A DNA stretch of 64,000 nucleotides, taken from Octopus sinensis (taxonomy: Eukaryota). The DNA is taken from contig NC_043004.1 of NCBI RefSeq assembly GCF_006345805.1, forward strand, positions 40,796,001-40,860,000. The letters are read 5' to 3'. Positions 54,201 through 64,000 of the stretch are shown here, one piece after another (the first letter of the stretch is position 1; the number at the start of each line of letters is the position of its first letter). Under the pieces are notes generated by a model that made no database searches, had not been told where the DNA came from, and saw nothing but the letters and a program-made list of their open reading frames with translations. A program made the position numbers and the translations under genes.

Positions 54201-54524
54201 TCTAGTATGTGTGACAAATATAAGCTAAGTGAAATAACTGAGAGTGATCATAAGTGCCGTGGATTTTGCACAACAAATATGATGTAAGATATCCTAAATA
54301 CCGGACAAGATAAATTGTTGATTTATTGAAAGTATCTTTGCTTCAAAAGGAGGTAAACATAGAGACAATTACAATAGAATCTGAATGAGAAGGGAAGATA
54401 ATCTCAAGAATCAACAATTCTATGAAATTAAGATGCCATTAAGAAAAAGACTATCTGGGTTTGCTCTTTTTTTTTTATATATCTCAAGAAACAAGACAGC
54501 TGTGAACAGGTTTCTGCTCACTAA

Positions 54525-54852
54525 ATACACACACAACAAACACACACACACAACACACACACACCACAAACACACAGATACACCACACACACACCACAAA
54601 CACACAGATACACCACACACACACCACAAACACAGATACACCACACACACACCACACACACACACCACAAACACACAGATACACACCACACACACACACA
54701 ACACACACACACACCACACACACCACACACACACAGATACACCAACACACACACACACCACACACACACACAGATACACCACACACACACACATACCACA
54801 AACACACACCACAAACACACAGATACACCACAAACACACACACACACACACA
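54525..54852. repeat. CA-rich compound minisatellite (CACACACACCACAAACACACAGATACAC-like units)
   Basis: Visible tandem structure. Confidence 0.9.
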
Positions 54853-55317
54853 TATCTGATGGACTCTCCAATCGGTTTTGATATACAAGGATCCAACAAC
54901 CTATTCTTTCTTTGTCAGTCATTTATGCTTATGTCGGATAAGGCATTTGAGTCCTGCCAAAAATTTGCAAAGAGGCCCATACATGTTGTTTGCAAGACCA
55001 AGGATTACAGGTCAGTGCAGGCAGCATATTTGCAGTCGATTTTCTTTGTTTTGCACCCCCGGGCCTGTTAATGCTGTTGCGAACACTTTGATATGATGAT
55101 CTCAATTTTGTTCGCTCCAAAGCGGTTTGCTCAAAGGTGTTGTGAGCCATACTGATGTACCAACATCTAAACACATGTACATTATATGTACAAACATTCA
55201 CATGCATACACTCATACATGTAGATATGCTTACATACAGATATGCATCTATGCATATACTTTGTATATCTTTGCTTAGATGCCATTTGAGCAACAGTGGT
55301 GTTTATTTAAGTCATAT

Positions 55318-55530
55318 TACTCTTTTACTTGTCTCAGTCATTTGACTGTGGCCATGCTGGAGCACCGCCTTTAGTCGAGCAAATCGACCCCGGGACTTAT
55401 TCTTTGTAGGCCCAGTACTTATTCTATCGGTCTCTTTTGCCGAACCGCTAAGTGACGGAGACGTAAACACACCAGCATCAGTTGTCAAGCAATGCTAGGG
55501 GGACAAACACAGACACACAATCACACACAC

Positions 55531-55562
<32 letters not shown>

Positions 55563-55731
55563 GTACATATATACGACAGGCTTCTTTCAGTTTCCGTCTA
55601 CCAAATCCACTCACAAGGCATTGGTCGACCCGGGGCTATAGCAGAAGACACTTGCCCAAGATGCCACGCAGTGGGACTGAACCCGCAACCATGTGGTTGG
55701 TTAGCAAGCTACTTACCACATAGCCACTCCT
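55318..55731 (-). mobile_element. SINE family A
   Basis: Same consensus. Confidence 0.9.
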
Positions 55732-56126
55732 GCGCCTATATATATATACACACACACAATATGTTTTGCGGCTCAGCCGTTCAAATTTCTTAGACACTTG
55801 AAAACAAGAGTTGACATCATGTCAGATACCTTGCCATAGATTAGAGTCTAAGAAACTGTGTCCAACCAATTCCAACATTTGAAATGTGGACAACAAAATA
55901 AAGATGATTATGGTGATGATTATGATGTAAGTCAATAAAAAAAAAATTCTTGTTTTCTTTGTGTTATGCATTATTTATTACTTATATACATACATATATA
56001 TATATATATGTACTTTTTTAACTACTCATTTTGTTTACTCTCTTTATTATAACTTGTTCTTTTTGTTATTCTTTATTTCTGCATTTATTTTTCTTTTATG
56101 TTATTTAACTTCATTTAAACTTCATT

Positions 56127-56342
56127 TTATTTGAGGCACAGAATACATATGCTGCTATCCGTCTTAACAAAAGGGTTATCTTTTTGAGGGAAGAGCATGT
56201 GATCCGAGTTTTCATTCTCCCTGCAATAGCGAAGCAATTCCTCCGTTGTCCTACTTAAGTTTTCTCGAACCATGCTTTTCTCTCTGTGCAGCTCTTTCAA
56301 CTCCTCCTTCAGCTGTTTCTGCATCTCAGCCTGGTAAGACAT
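56127..56342 (-). CDS. GNG: Divergent G-protein gamma-like protein, 71 aa from the first ATG, lacking a terminal CAAX; symbol is family-level only
   Basis: MSYQAEMQKQLKEELKELHREKSMVRENLSRTTEELLRYCRENENSDHMLFPQKDNPFVKTDSSICILCLK*. It is 21/48 identical without gaps to the 11.3-kb ORF from LKEE to NPF. The track start at 56432 is TTG inside a polypyrimidine tract. AATAAA overlaps the stop codon. Confidence 0.82.
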   Translation of the reverse strand: MSYQAEMQKQLKEELKELHREKSMVRENLSRTTEELLRYCRENENSDHMLFPQKDNPFVKTDSSICILCLK

Positions 56343-56965
56343 GTGGGTTCCCTTACCCTTCAGCAGCAGATAATTTGAGGGAGAAAGGAAAGGGATAAAA
56401 GAAGAAAGAAAAAAAAAGCAAAAGAAAAACAATTATCAACAGAAATTATTGATCAGAAACCAATTGCTAACAACTTAAGATTTGTTTCAGTACATTTACG
56501 GAAAAGAAACTGAAGAACTAATGAAGTAACAAGAATGACAACAACAAAAGAGATAGCAAATGATAATATTGAAAGCTCTCGATGACAAGGACAAAAGACA
56601 CTGACAATGATTCCAAGAGATGTATGAAGTACCAACACCAAAACATATAGGCAAGCCAAAATCATATGGGCAATGCCAACACCAAAATATGTAAAGATAT
56701 GGATGCCCAAAGAGGATGTGAATGATAGCAACAAAAACAAAATAAAGTAGTATAATAATCTTAAAAGATAGCAAGGCTGATAATGAAAGATGAAACCAAT
56801 GGCGAAGAGAGGAATAAAACATGGCAGCAATGAGACTGAAGAGGACAGCAATGATGAAAGATAAACACAACCCAATAATGTATCAACACTTTAGCATTCA
56901 GATTACTCTGTCAAATGTAATGCTTATGCATTCACATGGTTATAAATTAATCATTTGTTATTTCA

Positions 56966-57356
56966 TAGTGGCTGCGTGGTAAGTAGCTTGCTTACCAACC
57001 ACATGGTTCCGGGTTCATTCCCACTGCATGGCACCTTGGGCAAGTGTCTTCTACTATAGCCTCGGGCCGACCAACAAAGCCTTGTGAGTGGATTTGGTAG
57101 ACAGAAACTGAAAGACACCCATCGTATATATGTATATACATATATGTATGTGTGTGTCTGTGTTTGTCCCTCCCCCCAACATTGCTTGATAACCGATGCT
57201 GATGTGTTTATGTCCCGTAACTTAGCAGTTCAGCAAAAGAGACCGATAGAATAAGTACCAGGCTTACAAAGAATAAGTCCTGGGGATGATTTGCTCAACT
57301 AAAAGGCAGTGCTCCAGCATGGCCGCAGTCAAATGACTGAAACAAGTAAAAGAGTA
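56966..57356 (+). mobile_element. SINE family A
   Basis: Same consensus. Confidence 0.9.
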
Positions 57357-57679
57357 TGCAATTGTTTAGTTTTAAAGAGACACTATAGGAGTAGGTGTGA
57401 AAGGCCAGATATGACCAGTCAGAAGATAAAACAGGTAGAATATTTCGACCGAATATGGCCGGTTTAAATACTAAAGGATTAAAGCTTAACAACCATCCAA
57501 GAATTTTCTCATATGACATATGGCAGAACTGCTTCAATCATTTATTCAGAGTAATTAGCAATGTGTGCGTGGGTGGGTGCTTGGGTTCATGTGTGTGAAT
57601 GCAATATTTTAATGTAGGGTGAAATGTGATAACATAGGCAAAAGATAAGAACCAATTGAAAGGAAATGGTAAAATCAGA

Positions 57680-57802
57680 TTAACCCTTTCGTGTTCGCAT
57701 TATTCTGCCAGAATTAATCCTTTTTTATCTACATTGTTTTGAGCTAATCATGCATTATCTTGTAGCTATGAGATATGTCCAGTTTAAATGCTAAAGGGTT
57801 AA
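57680..57802. mobile_element. piggyBac-type MITE
   Basis: TTAACCCTTT ... AAAGGGTTAA. Confidence 0.7.
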
Positions 57803-59046
57803 GGAAGATGAAGAATGATTGAGAAACTGGACATGAAAAGATGGGGACAATGGAAGAAGAAAGATGGTGATACTTGATGAGGATAAATAATGACACCAAA
57901 CGAGGGGAGATGATGACAGTAAGATAAAAGAGCAGTATCGGTAAAGAAAATGGTAGAAAATGACACAAGTAAGAGACAGCAGCAGAGGATAGAGGACAGC
58001 GACAAGAGATGACACCAGCACTGAAGACAAAAGATGACAATAACAATGTGATCAGGAAGGTGAAGAGAGAGAGGAGGACATTAGCAAGGAGATGGCAAGG
58101 GTGAAGAAACAGCAAAATGGTGATGGTAACAAAAATCACGATGATAAAAATAGCGACAACTACAATGAAGGATAACAACTATAACAAACGACAGCAACAA
58201 CAACAATGAAATATAACAGTCATGACAATGATAAAATCTCGTAGCAGAAGAAGAAAGAAATAGAGGAACTCTTGACAGGGGACAGGAAGAACAAAATACA
58301 TTAGGGTACTGTACAATAATGTAGGGAATATTTTAGTAAGGAAAAGCATTGAGGAAAAAAGAAACTTTAGTTAGTGAGCAGTAGTAAGAACTCCAAAAGA
58401 AACTAATCAATAAAGGAAGCAGGGATCATTATGAAGACTAACTACCTGTAACAGTAATTACTGGTTAACAGGTGAAGTAAAAAAAGCAATTGACTTAGAA
58501 GTTTGACAAAGTAACAATGAAGATCAAAAAGGGTAAAAAGGATTAAAAAGAATTATAGGTTTAACCCTTTGCCTCTCCTGTATATCAAATGTGACAGACA
58601 GGACATATTTCCCTGGTGTCCATACATCATATACAATAAACATAGAATTTTTTCTCAGCTACCAATGTTACTTGGCACCTATAAAAGTAAAGCTTTATAT
58701 TACTCATAAAGCATGAAGCAAGGACTAATGATAAGTCTGGAAACAAACATGGACATTTAGGACAAACTTATGAAAATGCTTCGGATAGCCAAAAGATTAA
58801 ACAGAAAAGCATAGCAGAGTGTTTTTCACAGGGAGCCATATTCTAAATAGAAAGCAAATTGCTCTACCAAAACTTGCCCAAGGCCAAGTTCTGTCTAGAA
58901 ATTTCACATCTTGAATCTCTCTGAAGCAGAAGTAATTCAACTACTTTAGTTTGAATTGCAACACTGGACTTCATACAGGGATAACCACAACAACAATAAC
59001 AATCACTTGGTACAGATGGCAATGAGTAGTAAGAGCTGCAGATGTA

Positions 59047-59480
59047 TAACCCTTTAGCATTCAGATTATTGTCAAAGGTAATACTTATTAACTCACATTG
59101 TTTTAAATTAATCTTGCATTATCTCATAGTTTTGAGATTTTGTTGGTGTGATTGTTAATTCTTGGAAAGATAGGAGAGCCCAGCTCTGGCAAGTTAGGAC
59201 ATAAAAACAGGTAGAATATTTGGACCAGGTACGACCAGTTTACACACTAAAGGGTCAAGTTTAATCCTTTAGCTTTCACATTATTCTGTCAAGTGCAATA
59301 CTTATTTATTCTCTTTGATAATCATGGATTATCTTGTAGCTTTGAGATTTTGAAGGGGTTACTGTTAATTTTAGAATGATATTATAAAGTTGGTATGAGA
59401 TGCCAGATGTGGCCAGTTTGACCATAAAACAGGTAGAATATTTTGGCCGGATATAACCGGTTTAAATGTTAAAGGGTTAA
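59047..59480. mobile_element. Two adjacent piggyBac-type MITE copies
   Basis: Two CCTTTAGC...AAAGGG(T)TAA units. Confidence 0.6.
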
Positions 59481-61510
59481 ATAATAAAGGAGGTTAAAAC
59501 AATTGTGGAAGGAGTAGTAGTGTAAGTGATGTATAAGAAAAAGAAGGAAAGAATCTGTAAACCTAAATGATTAAGTATCATGAGAAATAGAAGTAGAAAT
59601 AATTAGGTACAGCAAAACTAAATGAAGATGAATAGGAGAAGCAAAAGCAAACATAAGATATATGGAATGATGACTAGCAAAAAACAAAATGAATATATAT
59701 TGAGAGAAGAAAGGAGAAAAGTGTAGCTAAAAGGAAAAGGTAACTGAAAGTAAGATGGAGTGCTTAAAAGACAAAAGAAGAAGGTAGCTAGAAGGAAGTG
59801 GGAGTAGATAAATGAAGAAAAGAGTAGCAAAATGAGAAAGGAGTAACAAAGAGAAGTACTGAGAACGGAAGCCACATAAATGCAGAGATGTAGCATAAGC
59901 TTAACAGCTGGAAGGCTAAAAGAAGACACCCTTATGAAATAGCAATAGAAGAGTTACCAAGGAATAGCACTATAGTTTCTGAAGAGCAAAAGCAAGAGAA
60001 AGCAGAATTATTGCAAATATTCAGGGAGTAACAAGCACCAGCTAAGAAAGGGCTAAAAAAAGTGGATTATTGAGGAGTAGCTGTTACATAGATAAAGAAA
60101 ACAGAAGAGAGAATACAGTAGAAGTATGAAATAGCAGTAATACTATAATTAAGAGAGTAGAATCAGGAGTAGCAAGAATAGTAACAGAAATACTGATGAT
60201 AGAATAAGATATGGTAGTAACAATATAGTCGTAGTTAAAGAAGGAAAGAAGGAGTTGTGCTTAGTAAAATTAAGATTTTGGAGAAAAACAGGAATATGTA
60301 AAGTAATTATAGTAATAAAAAAACCTCAAAGGAAAGGAACAATAGACATGGCTGGAAAACGGGTATCAGAATAGCAGTAATCTATTAGGGTTAAAAAGAT
60401 CAATAACAAATAAAACAGCTGTATCATAAGGAAATTATGATTTCTAACATAACCATGACCACTACAAAGTGCAGTCCTTGTAGTGGGGTGACTTGTATGA
60501 CTCAATGACCCTCAGAGTTATGCCAGTAGAGCACAAGCACCTGATACAGCCCCCCCCCATGCTGGACAAAGAGCCATATTCACTCAATGGTAAAATCACA
60601 GGTTAATTGAAATAAACAAACAGAAGCTTACTAAAATAACAACCCACCAGACTGGCCAAGTATATCTGGAATTCTAATAATTTATTTAATTAACTTGACA
60701 ATAAAACAATAATAATGAGGTTTTTTTTAACCAATGAACAACTCAAAGGGCACAAAATAAAATAAAATAAAATAATACCAATTGGAAAAAAATATATCAA
60801 AACAAAAAAAAAACAGATAAAACAAATGCCAGGAGAAAAGAAGATCACTAAGAAACAAACGAAACAATGGCATTTATTCTAAATATTTTCTTAATAAACA
60901 TCTAATTTTCAACACTACAACTGCAGATCTTATCAAGCTTCCCTCTCAATCCCCACAACATTTCCTCCTTTCAATAAAAAATAAATATAGTTCAATTCCA
61001 CTTTGTTTCACTTAACCAGAGCAGTTATTGTCATACATCCTTAATTCATACCCAATGAGGTCTTCATCACAAAACTGTCTGAAATTAAGCCTGGCATGAA
61101 AACTTTATCACTAAACTAAAATCACATTAATATAAACATAAAATGCTTGAAGAAAAATGATATTGGAGATATTACACTGGATTCAAGGTCCTATGTTCAT
61201 GCAAATTAACATAACATGCATAAGGTTTTTGTCTCTACCTTTTGTATAAATATTTATGGATTCGTAAGTGCTATGAAATTCTGCAAACCATATTATATCT
61301 ATTTAAATGCTTCTGCAGAGAAAAGCATTGAACATGCCCATACTGCCAAACTGGACTCCATACAATTAACCAGTGCATGTCAGAATAGAAAGTGTGGTCC
61401 TCAACTAGATGGAGATATGGTATAGCTGGAGACTCACAGATCCCTCCTTGTTGTTCAGCCTGCTCAATCAGGGCTAACTTAAGTGCTACACAACAGCATT
61501 AACTCCTGCC

Positions 61511-61842
61511 ATTTTTTAAGCGGAAAGTGTAACCTCTTGAAAGAGCTGTTCTTCACTCCTGCTCCAGAGCGTCGGCTGCGGGGTCATTCCGAAAAGCTCT
61601 ACCTGCGACGATTTCATCTCAATCGAAGGAGAGGAGCTTTCTCCGTCCGGGTTGTGGATCCGTGGAACAAGCTGCCAGACGAGATGGTGAAGGGTGAAGA
61701 TGCCGACGACCGCTTTGTTCAAAGCCTCCCTTGACCTCAAGTGGCCCGAACTCTTTACATGAACACCACCCTGTACTTAACTCCTAGTCCCCCTACATGG
61801 CCTTGCTATTTGCTTTTGAGCCAAACTAACTAACTAACTAAA
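61511..61842 (+). mobile_element. 3' end fragment of the same CR1-type LINE family
   Basis: Near-identical to the reverse complement of about 17610-17935, with a (TAAC)n tail. Confidence 0.9.
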
Positions 61843-62745
61843 ACAATTGAATCAAATATTCCAATCTTAAACCTCAAGATAGCATACCCAAAAGTAAAGT
61901 TAAAGTGACAATGAATAAACCAATAATGCATAATAAAAATTAAAAAAACTTCCCCAACTCCATCAGTCTCTACCAATTCTCATCAATACTTACAAAGAGC
62001 AAACAGAATCTAACATGCTGAGCCTAACCACAACAGAAAGCATTTCTCTAAAAGCTGTGTGAGAAAATATGTAAAGTGATTAGTATTAGGCATATTCGTC
62101 AAGCTAAATTAAACCATGGTCGTACCACATAAAAAGTATCCATGCTGGCACCATGTAAAAATCACTTGTGTCTGCGCCACGTGGTTGCTGCTGCCAGTGC
62201 TGTCTGGCTGGCACCCATGCCAGTGGCACATAAAAACACCAGTCAAGCATTGAGTCTCATGGAGGCAGTGACAGGTGGCCGAGACCTTTGGTGATATACC
62301 GTGCTTGTGTAGACCTGTAAAGCCAAGTGAGACTGTAGTCATGGCAGATGTGAGTGTCAGGTCAATAGCACCCGTTCAGGTGACATAAAAAGCACCCACT
62401 ACACCGTTCAACCCATGCCAGCATCGAAATCAAACATTAATTGATGATGATGGTGAAAAGTACCCATGCTAGTGCCACATAGAAAGCACCTAGTACACTT
62501 GTAAAGTTGTTGCTATTAGGAAGGGCATTGAGTTGTAGAAACTACGCCAAAATGACAATTGGAGCTTGGTGTAACCCTCCAGTTTGCCAGCACTGATCAA
62601 ACCATCCAACCCATGCCAGCATGGAAAGAGGATGCTAAATGATGATATTTATTATGCTGGATATGTAGGTTACACCCCACAACATTTGTACCATTGTATC
62701 AGATCTGACTTACTGTTATTCATCAACAACCTTAACTAACACATA

Positions 62746-63251
62746 CTGTAAATCTTCGAGTATAATCTGCATTTCTTTCCCAAAATTTAAAGGTCAAAAT
62801 CCCTAGTGCGTATTATACACAAGGTTAAAAATGAAAATTAATTTCTAAGCAATGTTCAAGTCTCTATTTGCTGTCCGGCAATGTTTATTCAGACGCATTT
62901 TGTGATGTTGGGCTCAAAAATATCTTAAGCTAAGCCTGAAAGCAATGAAGTCATAAAAGAATCATCCATAACTTGCAGTAAGCAACATTTATTAAAATAA
63001 AAGTATTCAGAACACAGAATAACATGTAACAAAAACAATTTGCAAACATATTTACATTCCCATATAACATTATTATGTTACGCATGCACAGATATGTTTG
63101 TTCGACTAGGTGCTGCTGGCTTAATTATGCATGACTCAAGTTGGAGAAGGTTTGCGTATCATATACAAGATTTAGGTTTTTCAGAGGTACAGCCCCCTAA
63201 AAATCCCCTGTGTATTATACTCAAGGGTGGACTATACTCGAGGATTTATGG
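62746..63251. mobile_element. Tigger/pogo-like MITE
   Basis: TA|CTGTAAATCTTCGAGTATA ... TATACTCGAGGATTTATGG. Confidence 0.65.
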
Positions 63252-63337
63252 TTTATATATATATATATATATATATAAGCAAAGAAGCTAGTAATAAAAT
63301 CTCTGTAAGAGATGAACAGAGTAACTGTACTGGCAAG

Positions 63338-63938
63338 TAATGTTTGTCACCACTTCAACATGGCTGTTCTGTTCAAACAAATGTTACTGTGATTTTTTAA
63401 CTCCAAGAGGGCATTTCTTCCAGCTGGTTAACAATGCAACCTGCAGGGGAGCTAAGCCCTACCTCCTTCTAGCAACAGCAGCAGCAGTGGAGGTGCAATG
63501 GCCAGTGGTTAGGGCAGTGGACTCGTGGTCGGAGGATCGCGGTTTCGATTCCAAGATCGGGCGTTGTGTGTGTTTATTGAGCGAAAACACCTAAAGCTCC
63601 ACGAGGCTCCAGTAGGGGGTGGTGGCAACCCCTGTTGTACTCTTTAGCCCCAACTTTCTCTCACTCTTTTTTCCTGTTTCCTATGCAACCACTGAGGCTG
63701 GATGCGCATTCATCCATCCATCGATGCTCTCGGTATCGGGGGTTGACCTGCTTTCTCTTCTGCGGGTGTTACGAATAGCAAAGGACGTTTCGGATTTCTC
63801 CCATCTTGCGATCTCTGGGACAAAGACCGTTCGCTCAACACCAGATGAGGCTGGTTTCAGGCTATTTCTGCCCTTGCACTAGATCACAGTAATGTTTGTT
63901 CAAACAGAACAGCCATGTTGAAGTGGCGACAAACATTA
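63338..63938. mobile_element. TIR element (56-bp arms, possible TA TSD) with an internal tRNA-SINE
   Basis: 63338-63393 versus the reverse complement of 63883-63938 is 51/56 identical. Confidence 0.7.
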
Positions 63939-64000
63939 TGTGTGTGTGTATATATATATATACATACACACACACACACATTTTCTCTATGTGTGTGTGT

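Noticed and set aside
54385-55071. 228-aa His/Thr-rich ORF
   Set aside because: The core is a CA minisatellite and is open on both strands.
56453-56875. 140-aa multi-TM-looking ORF next to the G-gamma
   Set aside because: TTG start, overlapping equally hydrophobic ORF in another frame, and low-complexity origin.

Overview
This is eukaryotic, AT-rich, repeat-saturated genomic DNA. The repeat landscape (tRNA-headed SINEs with TA/CA microsatellite cores, RTE and CR1 LINE debris, piggyBac/hAT/mariner MITEs, Helitrons) is most consistent with an octopod cephalopod; that assignment is from recall and is not database-checked. Only two convincing host coding regions were found. Both are minus-strand, single-exon heterotrimeric G-protein gamma (GGL-domain) ORFs about 45 kb apart: 11286-11501 ends in a canonical CIIL CAAX box, and 56127-56342 is divergent, with DPL changed to DHM and no terminal CAAX. 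A 48-bp near-identical fragment of the first gene lies at 4533-4580. The most unusual non-coding object is a 923-bp element (40910-41832) with identical 149-bp direct repeats, inserted in a SINE microsatellite. Its repeat junction contains all hammerhead-ribozyme core motifs in a non-standard, pseudoknot-like strand order, and the predicted cleavage site falls at the element 5' boundary. Nearly all other ORF-track entries are artefacts of SINEs, microsatellites or purine-skewed low-complexity DNA. Repeat boundaries are approximate unless a TSD or TIR is quoted. Identities were counted by hand.
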